Assembly: GCA_025453395.1 (NCBI GenBank)
Contig: JALOQK010000002.1
Location: 346,509 to 410,508 of the forward strand
DNA length: 64,000 nt
Direction: 5' to 3'
From: Candidatus Omnitrophota bacterium
GTDB taxonomy: Bacteria > Omnitrophota > Gorgyraeia > Gygaellales > Profunditerraquicolaceae
This document shows, piece after piece, positions 10,365 to 20,075 of the stretch. The position numbers and the translations under genes were made by a program. The notes under the pieces were generated by a model that saw nothing but the letters and a program-made list of their open reading frames with translations, searched no databases and had not been told where the DNA came from. Each line of letters opens with the position of its first letter. The stretch's first letter is position 1.

Positions 10365-11510
10365 TTACTCAAGGAGGGTATCCAAAGCTTGACGCCAAGG
10401 AAGGACAACAACACCATTGTCAAGCTTGCGTGAATGAGTATCTTTTAAAGACACAACGAACAATGGCAACTTAGGAAAACGTCTACGAAAAGCTATTCGC
10501 GTAGCGTCTGACATTGTGTCCGTTGATGTTTTACACTCAAAAGCCATAATCGGCCCGCGAGAACCCTTGACGAGTATATCAACCTCATTTTTTCCCTCTC
10601 GCCAAAACGAAAGCTCATAAGGTTTTTCATGGTAATCCCGCATACGCTTTAATTCATTATAGAAAAAGGTTTCGAATAAAAAAACTCTCTCCTGTGGAGT
10701 AGGGGGATCAACCAAGCGATTCTGTAATGCCCGGACGACGCCGCAATCAAAGAAATAAAACTTTGGCCGCGCCTTCTTACGCTCGCTCCTGTCCCAAGGC
10801 CACAGAAAATCACCCAAAAGCGTATCCTCTAGTATCGAAAAATATTCTTTTACTGTGCTCATGGGAACCGAGGAATCGCGCGCCACAGAAGCAAATTCAA
10901 TTGTCTCCGCGTTCATTTGAGCCGCCACGCTTAAAAATCTCTGAAACGCGCTCACATTACGAGTCAATGCTTCAGCCTGAACCTCTTCTTTGATGTAAAT
11001 CGTGCCATATGCCTTTAATTGCCGCCGCACGTCATCTTCCTTGCCCTCAAGGAATGTTGTTACCACGCGAGGCAATGTTCCATAAGACAACGCCATATTA
11101 ATATCAAAGCCCTTGCCGACCTCAACATTGGTCAAAGGATAAAGTCTTAAATCAAGCGCCCTTCCACCTAGAAGGTTAGCGCTACCGCGCCGCAACTTGC
11201 GCGCGCTAGAACCAGAAAGGATAAATCTTAAGCCAATCTCCTCAATCCCTTTCTGCACATAATCTAATAACACCGGAACCCGTTGGACTTCATCTATAAT
11301 TACCAAGCCGTTCTTATATAAAGCCTGCAGCTTTTCCCAGAATATAACAGGAGTTCGTGAAAATGAAAGCTCTGTCTCAGGATCCAATAAGTCAATAAAC
11401 AAGGCTGGGTGCAGCCGACGCAATAAGAAAGTCTTGCCTGTCATACGAGGCCCAAACAAAAACAGGGATCCTGAGATCTTATCTAAATTGAGCAGTCTTT
11501 GATAACTCAT
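10365..11510 (-). CDS. AAA+ ATPase with DUF4143/PD-(D/E)xK C-terminus
   Basis: GPRMTGKT, IIDEVQ, SGSS, PKFYFFDCG, EVD...FECK. Confidence 0.9.
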   Translation of the reverse strand: MSYQRLLNLDKISGSLFLFGPRMTGKTFLLRRLHPALFIDLLDPETELSFSRTPVIFWEKLQALYKNGLVIIDEVQRVPVLLDYVQKGIEEIGLRFILSGSSARKLRRGSANLLGGRALDLRLYPLTNVEVGKGFDINMALSYGTLPRVVTTFLEGKEDDVRRQLKAYGTIYIKEEVQAEALTRNVSAFQRFLSVAAQMNAETIEFASVARDSSVPMSTVKEYFSILEDTLLGDFLWPWDRSERKKARPKFYFFDCGVVRALQNRLVDPPTPQERVFLFETFFYNELKRMRDYHEKPYELSFWREGKNEVDILVKGSRGPIMAFECKTSTDTMSDATRIAFRRRFPKLPLFVVSLKDTHSRKLDNGVVVLPWRQALDTLLE

Positions 11511-11529
11511 AATATAAGAATAACATATT

Positions 11530-11565
11530 TATGTTATTTATCACGCATAAATAACATATTGTCAA
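11530..11565 (-). promoter_or_regulatory. 12-bp inverted repeat next to a -35 box upstream of the ATPase
   Basis: tatgttatttat-cacgc-ataaataacata (11530-11558); TTGACA on minus strand at 11565-11560. Confidence 0.45.
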
Positions 11566-11640
11566 ATTGTTTTACGTAATGCTTCTACAAACATATAATA
11601 CAAATATGATTTGTCAAGTCAATTATGTATTTAGACTTTA

Positions 11641-12432
11641 TCAAGTAAATCGCCGCAACAGGGCTTCTCTGATCTTAACCAACTCTTTCGGATTTTCTAT
11701 TAAATCCGTGGCGCTCCAGGCGTCTGCACAATATTTCTCCAAATACGCGTAAGGCAGATACCCATAGCCTTTATCCGCCCATTTAGCGCTCCAGGAATTC
11801 TTGAATTTAAAAAGCTTTTTAGCTTCATCGTAACCAACAATACAAATCGCGTGTCCCCCAACCGCCTTTTCATCGTGCTTAGGCAGTGGAATTAAACCGG
11901 TTTCTTCTGCTTTCCTGTTAAACCACCCCTTATACACTTCTACTCCTGCCAAAAATGGGCCGTTAACCATTAAACTCTGCTTCATTTCAATGGTATCCTT
12001 TATTCGCGCGTAGGCCTTAATGCGGTATTTCTTGGCGGATAAAGAAGCCCCTTTCTTGGGCTTATCAGACTGATGCGGGAAATACGGCCAAAAAATTTCC
12101 GGGCAGACGCCGTATTTTAAGAGCATCTTCATCGCCACCCTTGGGTATGTCCCCTCTTCATCAGGCGCGCCGTCAAATTTCTTGCAAAGCGAATAAATAT
12201 ACCGCGGGGACAATTCAATTAACTTGCGGTATTCCTTTTTATCTTCATATTCCTTAACTCCCACAACCGAAGCAAACGCCACGCAGGTGCCTTCATCCTT
12301 TTGGTCGCGCACCGGAGTCATTGCCGAAGTATAATCCACGCGCAAAGAAACCTTGATATCCGGCAAAATCATTCCCATGGGAATATCACGGGCGTCTTTA
12401 GGGTCTTTTTTACAACCAAGTGAATAGGTCAT
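11641..12432 (-). CDS. C1 (papain-family) cysteine peptidase
   Basis: DQ..EGTCVAF (Cys), GGHAICIVGY (His), KNSW (Asn). Confidence 0.9.
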   Translation of the reverse strand: MTYSLGCKKDPKDARDIPMGMILPDIKVSLRVDYTSAMTPVRDQKDEGTCVAFASVVGVKEYEDKKEYRKLIELSPRYIYSLCKKFDGAPDEEGTYPRVAMKMLLKYGVCPEIFWPYFPHQSDKPKKGASLSAKKYRIKAYARIKDTIEMKQSLMVNGPFLAGVEVYKGWFNRKAEETGLIPLPKHDEKAVGGHAICIVGYDEAKKLFKFKNSWSAKWADKGYGYLPYAYLEKYCADAWSATDLIENPKELVKIREALLRRFT

Positions 12433-12436
12433 TTAA
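12374..12436. repeat. 63-nt direct repeat, copy 1 (5' end of peptidase gene)
   Basis: 58/63 identical to 13742-13804 by manual alignment. Confidence 0.9.
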
Positions 12437-12486
12437 TTTATCTGCGTATTTGACACCTTTTTGTTATATTTTTCGGAAATAACGGC

Positions 12487-13668
12487 TTAAACCAACGAAG
12501 CAAGAAATTTATCCGCGCTGATCACTCGAATGCCGTCTTTTATAAGGTCAATTCCTTCTTGCTTTACGACCTGATAGCTAAACGGGATTTTGAGTTTTTT
12601 GCTAAAGTATGCCAACGGAGTTGAAATATTGCCCTTAAACGAAGATTTTACTTCAACGCAAAACCACGGCTTTCCTTCAACGCTCACCAGAAAATCCACT
12701 TCCCGCTGTTCTTTATCGCGCAAATAATAAAGCTGGGCTTTATAGCCTTCAACGTCAAAAAGAAAATGGCAAAACTTTAACAGGTGTAAAGCAGCCATAT
12801 TTTCAAATCTGACGCCTTCATCTTCAATCTGGGACCAATCCCAAAGATACAGTTTAGGCTCTTTCCTAAGAGATCTTATCACGGCACTGCGGAAAGGATA
12901 TACCCTGAAATGATAATAGAACTTTTCAAGGATATCAACCCAAGAGGCTATAGTCTTGTGGGTAACGTTTAAGTCCTCGCGCAGTGAATTTAAGGAAAAC
13001 AAAGAACCTGCCTTCCCGGGCAGAATTTCCGTTAGAATGTCCATTGCGGAGATGTCCCTGATACTTTCCACATCGCGGATGTCTTCCTTGACTAGTCTAT
13101 CTATCCTCTCATTATGCCACCGGCGTAGTTGCCTCTCATCCTGTTTAATGAATACCTCTGGGAAACCGCCGAATTTAAGCAATTTCTTAAATATTTCCGC
13201 ATGGCTGTCGTTATACCGCTGAAAATCAATCTCCTTAAAAGGAATATACTTCTTATCCCCGCCGGATAATTCCCCAAGGGATAATGGATGCAATCTATAA
13301 GAATGATACCGGCCAAGCAACGAATCCCCGCCTTTCTTATAGATATCAAGCCTGGCGCTGCCGGTTACAAGAATATGGAACTTTTCTTTATATTTATCGT
13401 GTTCACCTTTTAAATAATTTTTCCAGTTTCTGTATTTATGGATTTCATCAAAGATAAAAAGCCGCATCCCCGCAGGATATGCACCACGGAGAATAGTCTT
13501 TTTATCATCCCTGTTATCCCAATTTAAATATTCATACTTACCTTTAAAAAAACCATCACCAACCTGCTTGGCGAGCGTGGCTTTACCTACCTGCCGCGGG
13601 CCGGAGATAAAAACCATCTTATCCTTCAAATCCTCAAAAATACAGTCTTCCAAGTATCTTTTAAGCAC
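12487..13668 (-). CDS. AAA+ ATPase with DUF4143/PD-(D/E)xK C-terminus
   Basis: GPRQVGKAT, FDEIHK, TGSA, GGFPE, PKLYLWD, EVDF...VEVK; AAGGAG RBS before GTG. Confidence 0.9.
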   Translation of the reverse strand: MLKRYLEDCIFEDLKDKMVFISGPRQVGKATLAKQVGDGFFKGKYEYLNWDNRDDKKTILRGAYPAGMRLFIFDEIHKYRNWKNYLKGEHDKYKEKFHILVTGSARLDIYKKGGDSLLGRYHSYRLHPLSLGELSGGDKKYIPFKEIDFQRYNDSHAEIFKKLLKFGGFPEVFIKQDERQLRRWHNERIDRLVKEDIRDVESIRDISAMDILTEILPGKAGSLFSLNSLREDLNVTHKTIASWVDILEKFYYHFRVYPFRSAVIRSLRKEPKLYLWDWSQIEDEGVRFENMAALHLLKFCHFLFDVEGYKAQLYYLRDKEQREVDFLVSVEGKPWFCVEVKSSFKGNISTPLAYFSKKLKIPFSYQVVKQEGIDLIKDGIRVISADKFLASLV

Positions 13669-13696
13669 GAAAGTCTCCTTTTATACTCTCTTACAA

Positions 13697-13736
13697 ATTA
13701 TACCAAAGTAGAAAATGTTATCAAGAATTTTCTACT
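13697..13736 (-). promoter_or_regulatory. Promoter with overlapping 10-bp inverted repeat
   Basis: TTGATA-16nt-TATAAT with extended TG; agtagaaaat-N10-attttctact spans the -35 box. Confidence 0.6.
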
Positions 13737-13741
13737 CCAGC

Positions 13742-13804
13742 CCCATGGGAATATCGCGGTCGTCTTTGGGGTCTTTTTTACAACCAAGTGAATAGAGCAT
13801 TTAA
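13742..13804 (-). pseudogene. Truncated duplicate of the C1 peptidase 5' end (direct repeat copy 2)
   Basis: ATG at 13800 gives MLYSLGCKKDPKDDRDIPMGLE* versus MTYSLGCKKDPKDARDIPMGMIL; abuts the WecA stop. Confidence 0.85.
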
Positions 13805-14844
13805 CTTAGCCTTGATGTTGCTTTAAAAATAAAAACTCCTGATAATCCCATTGCCAAAACACCTGCGCCAGAAACCGCAACAATAATAAAACTTGGGCGG
13901 ACAGAATAGCCAAACGCCAGCGCCCCAAAAAACACGGCTATCGCGTAAAAAATCAATGTTACTTTTTTATCAGACAAACCTAATCTTGCCAAACGGTGCG
14001 AAAGATGGTCTATCCCGCCTTTATATATCGGGCGGCGCTCTAACGCGCGGGTAATCGCCACAAAAAAAGTATCAAACAAAGGCACGATTAACACCATCAC
14101 AGGGATAGCTACAACTTGGAATATATCTTTAGCGCTAAAGGCTGCAGATAAAGCAAGAACCGCCAAAGAATACCCTAAAAACATGCTTCCGGAATTACCC
14201 ATGAATATTTTTGCCGGATTAAAATTATAAAAAAGAAAACCCAAAGCGCACCCGCAGATGATAAGCGCTATATAAACTTGCGCGCCCGGAAGCCACCCAA
14301 AAAGAACACCCGCCGCAAAGGAATACGCGGCCTGCCACAATATAAGCGCAAAGAATATGCCTGCTATAGCCGCAATCCCGCAAGCAAGCCCATCCATATT
14401 ATCAAGCAAATTCAAGGCATTGGTTACTCCTGCCACCCACAACAGCAGGGCCAAAAAGATTACCCCAAAAAAATGCGCCCCTGACAGATTAAAATACCCG
14501 GAAAAGAAAAAAAATGCCAGCACGGAAATAAACTGCAGGGTAATTTTAAATAGCACGCTAAGGGAAAATTTATCATCCAATATGCCGGTCAAAAACATAC
14601 CTGTTGCCCCCAGCAAAAATGGCATACCATCATACAAGTCCGGCCGGCATAAAATAAAATAGGAAGCTGCGAAACCTAAGAAAATCCCTGCTCCTCCCAA
14701 CAAAGATGTAGGCTTTTTATTCCAGCGGTCATCCCTGGGCACAGCCACAATGCCAAGCCTAAAGGAAAATCTTAGGACCAGCGCAGTAGCAGCCAAAACG
14801 ATAAAAAACGGAACCAATATATATGGTAATAAACTAAGCGCCAT
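13801..14844 (-). CDS. WecA/TagO-type undecaprenyl-phosphate GlcNAc-1-phosphate transferase
   Basis: GILDD, NALNLLDNMDGLA, FNPAKIFMGNSGS, DHLSHRL; multi-TM; start trimmed. Confidence 0.85.
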   Translation of the reverse strand: MALSLLPYILVPFFIVLAATALVLRFSFRLGIVAVPRDDRWNKKPTSLLGGAGIFLGFAASYFILCRPDLYDGMPFLLGATGMFLTGILDDKFSLSVLFKITLQFISVLAFFFFSGYFNLSGAHFFGVIFLALLLWVAGVTNALNLLDNMDGLACGIAAIAGIFFALILWQAAYSFAAGVLFGWLPGAQVYIALIICGCALGFLFYNFNPAKIFMGNSGSMFLGYSLAVLALSAAFSAKDIFQVVAIPVMVLIVPLFDTFFVAITRALERRPIYKGGIDHLSHRLARLGLSDKKVTLIFYAIAVFFGALAFGYSVRPSFIIVAVSGAGVLAMGLSGVFIFKATSRLS

Positions 14845-15655
14845 GGACATACTCTCTAACGCATTCCGGCAATACCGCTTTGATTTGGCGCATTTTAAAG
14901 CCCGTTGATTCCAGCTTCCGGCAGGACAAAACAAGATTTGTACGCACAAGGCCTAAACTTTTGAATTTAACTTTTTCGTATTGGAATTCTGGAAAATATT
15001 TCCGGTATTCATCAAGCAAATCCGGATAACAAAGCGCGCCCCGATTTACTACATTATAAACGCCATTACACTTACGCATGATTAGATGCTTCACCGCTTG
15101 AAGAAAATCCGGGATATAGGTGACGGAATTGGGCAGGTCTATTGCCTTGCGATAACCTATTAGCTTAGTTAAAAGATTACGCGGATCAGGTATATTATCT
15201 AAGGGAACCCTAATTCTTAATACTAAAAACGGGAACTGTTTCATTAACGCAAAAAGCGCGTTTTCAGAATAAATCTTACTGCGGCTGTAAAACAGATCCA
15301 GGAAATCAGGAGGACGATTTTCAGTTATAGGAATATTCTTCTTATAATCATAATGAAAAATACAGCCGCTACTTATATGCACCAGTTTTACTTTATGTCT
15401 TACTGCAGCCTCCGCTAGAATCAAAGGAACAAAAGTATTTGCTGAAAGCGTCTGATCTATATCCAATTCGCACTGGTCAACATTCCTGCCAACCTTGCCA
15501 ATGCAATTAATAAGGACATCCGGCTTATAGCGGGCCAACTCTTGCGCAATATCCTGATAACAAGATATTCTTTTATCTGAAATAGGGCAATCCAGGGCAT
15601 CTTGAAGCCTTTTTCCGATATAACCGTTACCGATAATAAGCGCTTTTTTTCTCAT
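14834..15655 (-). CDS. RmlD-like / NRS-ER-type NDP-4-keto-6-deoxyhexose epimerase-reductase
   Basis: GNGYIG, INCIG, NVDQCE, SSGCIF, FYSRSK, LRIRVP; paralog of 62724-63548. Confidence 0.75.
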   Translation of the reverse strand: MRKKALIIGNGYIGKRLQDALDCPISDKRISCYQDIAQELARYKPDVLINCIGKVGRNVDQCELDIDQTLSANTFVPLILAEAAVRHKVKLVHISSGCIFHYDYKKNIPITENRPPDFLDLFYSRSKIYSENALFALMKQFPFLVLRIRVPLDNIPDPRNLLTKLIGYRKAIDLPNSVTYIPDFLQAVKHLIMRKCNGVYNVVNRGALCYPDLLDEYRKYFPEFQYEKVKFKSLGLVRTNLVLSCRKLESTGFKMRQIKAVLPECVREYVHGA

Positions 15656-15783
15656 ATTTTCAGGCTTGATAAATAGATTTTTATGTTAGCATTAAAACCT
15701 CCATGAAGCAAGCTTTTTTTAGCTATATTTATCGCACTTAATCTATTGTAGGACATAATCTTAAGCGTTATTTTCCTAAACGC

Positions 15784-15823
15784 AAAAAGGGCCGGCTTCT
15801 AATTACAGAAACCAGCCCTTTTT
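15784..15823 (-). terminator. Rho-independent terminator of gap
   Basis: mRNA GGGCUGGUUUCU-GUAAUU-AGAAGCCGGCCC-UUUUU, 20 nt after the gap stop. Confidence 0.85.
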
Positions 15824-15843
15824 AATACTAAAAACCTTTAGCC

Positions 15844-16893
15844 TTATAGGCCTTTTTTAACCATAAATTCTGCTAAGTCCACTACCCGGTTGGAATAACC
15901 CCATTCGTTATCATACCAGGAAAGCACCTTAACAAAATTATCCTGTATTACTTTAGTGCTTAAGCCGTCCACAATAGAAGAAAGCAAGCAGTGGTTAAAA
16001 TCAACAGAAACCACCGGGTCCATAGTAATGCCTAAAATCCCCTTCATTGCGCCATCACTAGCCTCTTTAAACGCGGCATTTAACTCTTCCGCGCTTACTT
16101 TTTTAAGCATGGAGCAGGTTAAATCCACAACTGATACATTAGGCGTGGGAACACGCATGGCAAATCCGTCCAGTTTTCCTTTTAATTCCGGAATAACAAG
16201 GCCGATGGCTTTAGCAGCCCCGGTTGAAGTAGGAATCATGGATACTGCGGCAGCTCGGGCACGGCGCAAGTCTGAATGCGCCATATCCTGAATCTTTTGG
16301 TCATTAGTATAGGAGTGAATCGTAGTCATCAAACCCTTTTCAATCCCCCATCTGTCATTCATTACCTTAGCAATAGGCCCAAGGCAATTCGTGGTGCAGG
16401 AAGCATTAGAAACTACATTGTGATTCTTAGGGTCGTATTTATCTTCATTAACCCCCATAACAATAGTAATATCTTCGCCTTCGGCTGGAGCGGAAATTAT
16501 AACTTTTTTGGCCCCGCCTTTGGTAATATGGCTCTCCGCGCCCCTTACTTCCTTGCCTTTTTTATTTACCCCGTCTTTTTTAATTGTAAAAAGTCCGGTT
16601 GATTCAATTACGATATCAACCCCTAAGTCCTTCCAAGGAAGCTCTACCGGGTCTTTTTTCGCCAAAACTTTTATTACCTTTCCGTCCACTATAATTGAAT
16701 CCTCGCCCGCTTTGACATCACCGTTAAAACGGCCGTGGACTGAATCATATTTAAAAAGATACGCGTTGGATTTGGCATCAGTCAAATCATTGACCGCGAC
16801 AAGTTCAAGGCTGGTATTCTTTTTTTCCAAGATCGCCCGGGCCACCAAACGGCCTATCCTTCCGAAACCATTAATACCGACTTTCACTGCCAT
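15844..16893 (-). CDS. gap: Type I glyceraldehyde-3-phosphate dehydrogenase
   Basis: [29 protein letters not shown]. Confidence 0.98.
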   Translation of the reverse strand: MAVKVGINGFGRIGRLVARAILEKKNTSLELVAVNDLTDAKSNAYLFKYDSVHGRFNGDVKAGEDSIIVDGKVIKVLAKKDPVELPWKDLGVDIVIESTGLFTIKKDGVNKKGKEVRGAESHITKGGAKKVIISAPAEGEDITIVMGVNEDKYDPKNHNVVSNASCTTNCLGPIAKVMNDRWGIEKGLMTTIHSYTNDQKIQDMAHSDLRRARAAAVSMIPTSTGAAKAIGLVIPELKGKLDGFAMRVPTPNVSVVDLTCSMLKKVSAEELNAAFKEASDGAMKGILGITMDPVVSVDFNHCLLSSIVDGLSTKVIQDNFVKVLSWYDNEWGYSNRVVDLAEFMVKKGL

Positions 16894-16932
16894 TTTGCTT
16901 TCCTCCTTATTAGTTGTATTTATTGTTTAAAA

Positions 16933-17928
16933 TTAAACCGATTTTAAATATTGCGCGGCTGTCTCCGGCGAGGTTGCTACGTAGTAAAAACCTGTGCCCC
17001 ATTCAAAACCAGCTACCCGCGTTAACTTAGGCATAAATTCCAAGTGCCAGTGATAACTTTCCACTTCAGAATCACCATTAATAGGAGAACTATGAACAAT
17101 AAAGTTATACGATAAATTGGGAAATATTTTCTTAATCTTTGTAATTGTATCCTTTAATATCGCGCAGAATTCTGGCAACTCCTCCTGGGTCATCTGGCAA
17201 AAATGCCCCTTATGGTGCTTTGGCGTTATCCATATTTCAAAAGGGAACCGTGAAACAAACGGGCAAAAGCAAGCAAAATGCTTATTTTCCAGGATAATCC
17301 TTTGCTTATCCTCAAGCTCTTGACGGATAACATCGCAGAAAACACAACGCTCTCTGTAATCATAATATGCCTTCGCCCCTGACAACTCCTCCATAACGTT
17401 TTTAGGCACCATAGGAAGAGCTACGAGCTGCGTATGGGGATGCTCTAATGAGGCCCCTGCCGCCGGGCCATAGTTTCTAAAAAGCATGATATACTTGAAG
17501 CGGTGGTCATGAGTCAAATCATTAATCCTGTGGCAATACATGGCAATAATCCGCTCTATTTCCTCTTGGGAAAGATCACAAAGGTCCTTAGCGTGATAGG
17601 GTGTTTCTATCAAAACCTCATGCGCCCCAATGCCATTAGAAAGATCATAAATACCATTTCCTCTTCTATCCAAATCCCCTTCTATCTGCAGCGCCGGGAA
17701 TTTATTCGGGATAACCCTTACCTGCCAACCTGAAGAATTCGGCTGGCTGTCCGGATAACGAAATGCCTCTATTTCCGCAGGGGTCTGATTTTCGTTGCCG
17801 TAGCAAAACGGGCAATTTCCGGGTTTCTGAATATACTGTTCATGGGCGTAATCTTCGGGCTTATGCGGTTTATCCGTCTCCACAATAACCCATCTTCCCA
17901 CAATCGGATCTCTTCTTAATTGCGGCAT
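16933..17928 (-). CDS. galT: Galactose-1-phosphate uridylyltransferase family, catalytic motif intact
   Basis: CPFC, NKFPAL, GAHEV, GASLEHPHTQ, YHWH, AGFEWG. Confidence 0.9.
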   Translation of the reverse strand: MPQLRRDPIVGRWVIVETDKPHKPEDYAHEQYIQKPGNCPFCYGNENQTPAEIEAFRYPDSQPNSSGWQVRVIPNKFPALQIEGDLDRRGNGIYDLSNGIGAHEVLIETPYHAKDLCDLSQEEIERIIAMYCHRINDLTHDHRFKYIMLFRNYGPAAGASLEHPHTQLVALPMVPKNVMEELSGAKAYYDYRERCVFCDVIRQELEDKQRIILENKHFACFCPFVSRFPFEIWITPKHHKGHFCQMTQEELPEFCAILKDTITKIKKIFPNLSYNFIVHSSPINGDSEVESYHWHLEFMPKLTRVAGFEWGTGFYYVATSPETAAQYLKSV

Positions 17929-18953
17929 TATACTTGCACCTCTCTTAAGAATTGGGCAGCGTTTTCAGGAGGAAGCGGACAGATATAAAAACCTGTCCCC
18001 CATTCAAAACCCGCCATACGCGTTAAGCGCGGCATAATTTCAATATGCCAGTGATAGTCGTTATCAATGCTTTTCCAATACCCGGTTTTCTGCCTGCGGA
18101 ATGGAGCCGTATGGATAACATAGTTATACGGCGGGTCGTTCAAGCCTTTTTTAAGTTTGGATAAGACTATTTTTAAAATCCTGGCCAAATTAATGCGCTC
18201 ATGCATATCCAAATTAACAAAATCACAGGAATGCTTTTTAGGCAAAATCCAAATCTCAAAAGGAAACCTCGCGGCAAAAGGCGCAACCGCGATAAAACCG
18301 TCAAAATCAAGGATCAGCCGGTCTTTCGCCTCCAGCTCTTGCTTTATTAAATCACAGAAAACACAGCGCTCGTGATAATCATAATACTTCCTTGCCCCGA
18401 CCAATTCTTCTTTTACCCTTTTCGGGTTAACCGGAGTAGCGATCAACTGCGAACGCGAATGTTTTATCCTTCCGGCGCCGGCTACCCATCCGTAATTCTT
18501 AAAAACCAAAACATATTTCAAGCGGGTGTCTTTTTCAAGATCATTGACCCGGTTTATATAAGTTTGGATAACTTTAGCAATCTGATCCTCGGGCAGGTCA
18601 GCGATATTGGCAATATGCTGATTGGTTTCTATGACTACTTCGTGGGCCCCGGTGGCATTCATTAAATCATACATGCCTTTACCGCGGCGGTCTAAATCTC
18701 CCTCAATGCGCAAGAAAGGCGTGATGCTGGGAACAACGCGCACATCCCATCCCGGGGTGTTAGGGTTTGAGTTTTTATAACGAATAGAGCATATTTCCGC
18801 AGGGGTGTGAGATTCCTGGCCTTCGCAAAAAGGACAAGGCTCTTCCGGATGAGAATCGGAAACAGTGCTTGTAAACTGATCCGGACGCCTTGAGCGTTCG
18901 GTGGCAATAATCACCCATCTTCCTAATACAGGATCTTTTCTTAGTTCTGGCAT
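17928..18953 (-). CDS. GalT-family paralog lacking the nucleophilic His
   Basis: Same scaffold (ELRKDP, CPFC, YHWH, AGFEWG) but HSRSQ replaces HPHxQ. Confidence 0.85.
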   Translation of the reverse strand: MPELRKDPVLGRWVIIATERSRRPDQFTSTVSDSHPEEPCPFCEGQESHTPAEICSIRYKNSNPNTPGWDVRVVPSITPFLRIEGDLDRRGKGMYDLMNATGAHEVVIETNQHIANIADLPEDQIAKVIQTYINRVNDLEKDTRLKYVLVFKNYGWVAGAGRIKHSRSQLIATPVNPKRVKEELVGARKYYDYHERCVFCDLIKQELEAKDRLILDFDGFIAVAPFAARFPFEIWILPKKHSCDFVNLDMHERINLARILKIVLSKLKKGLNDPPYNYVIHTAPFRRQKTGYWKSIDNDYHWHIEIMPRLTRMAGFEWGTGFYICPLPPENAAQFLREVQV

Positions 18954-18998
18954 AGTTTTTTTATTATAGCATAGCTATCGCTAAATGCAACGAAATAT

Positions 18999-19943
18999 TT
19001 ATGTTACGCTAAAAATATCCCCAACAATAAGCTTGTGCCCAGCTGTAAATTCTGCAGAACTCATAAGCCTCTTGCCTTCTGGCTTAAGCTTCTTGATCAA
19101 AAGGCATCCCATGCCGCATTTTACCAAAATCCCGTCTTTGGTTATAGCTTCTACTGCCCCAAAAGCTAAATCCGCTCTTTTAGATACGCAATGAACGGCT
19201 TGGGCTTGCTCAATTTTCAATAAATGGCCCTTAAGATAAGTAAAAGCTGTTGGCCAGGGAAGGCAACCGCGGATCAGATGGCTTATTTCTTCAGCAGATT
19301 TCTCCCAATTTATCTGCCCATGGCTTTTTTTTAATTTCGGGGCATAGCTGGCTTTTTTATCATCCTGCGGCAGAAGATCGTATTTACCCGAAGAAATCAA
19401 ATCTAACGCGCGCGACAAAAGCCTTGAGCCTTCCAGGGAAAGCTTTTCACTTAAACTCATGGCGTTATCTGAATCTAAGATCTTGATTTCTTGCTTAAGG
19501 ATCACGGGGCCGGAATCCATTTTAAGGGTGATTTTCATCACTGTAACCCCTGTTGTTCTCTCCTGGTTAATGATCGCCCAGTTAATTGGCGCAGCTCCGC
19601 GATATGCGGGAAGAAGAGAAGCGTGTAAATTAATCGGCATTACCTTAGGGATATCCAGTATTTCCTGGCTTAATATTTGGCCGTAGGCAATAACAATAAA
19701 AAGATCGGCTTTTTTAGACTTAAGCAAACTTACGGATTCCGCGGCATTGATGTCTTCGGGAGAAAAAACCTCTATTGCGCGCTCTATCGCCGCCTGCTTA
19801 ACTGCCACAGGCGAAATTTTCTGTCCTCTGCCTTTTTTTCTGTCCGGCTGGGTGACCACGCAGGAAATTTCATGCTTAGAGTCAATAAGCATTTCTAAAG
19901 ATGGGACGGCAAATCCAGCGCTTCCTAGAAAAATAATACGCAT
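18999..19943 (-). CDS. fmt: Methionyl-tRNA formyltransferase
   Basis: MRIIFLGS, VVTQPDR, NLHASLLPAYRGAAPI, MDSG; start trimmed to ATG 19943. Confidence 0.95.
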   Translation of the reverse strand: MRIIFLGSAGFAVPSLEMLIDSKHEISCVVTQPDRKKGRGQKISPVAVKQAAIERAIEVFSPEDINAAESVSLLKSKKADLFIVIAYGQILSQEILDIPKVMPINLHASLLPAYRGAAPINWAIINQERTTGVTVMKITLKMDSGPVILKQEIKILDSDNAMSLSEKLSLEGSRLLSRALDLISSGKYDLLPQDDKKASYAPKLKKSHGQINWEKSAEEISHLIRGCLPWPTAFTYLKGHLLKIEQAQAVHCVSKRADLAFGAVEAITKDGILVKCGMGCLLIKKLKPEGKRLMSSAEFTAGHKLIVGDIFSVT

Positions 19944-19973
19944 ATACAAGTTAACTGTTAAATGTTGTACTGC

Positions 19974-20075
19974 TAGCGTAAAAATAAAAGTGTAAAGTGT
20001 AAAACTACAGTGCAAAATTCAAAGCTTTAAGTTTTAAGCTATAGCTTTACATTTTTCGCTTTACACTTTACGCTA
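19974..20075. repeat. Imperfect palindrome made of 7-nt units between priA and fmt
   Basis: gcgtaaa aataaaa gtgtaaa gtgtaaa actacag tgcaaaa ttcaaag | ctttaag ttttaag ctatagc tttacat ttttcgc tttacac tttacgc; 35/49 arm positions complementary. Confidence 0.8.
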
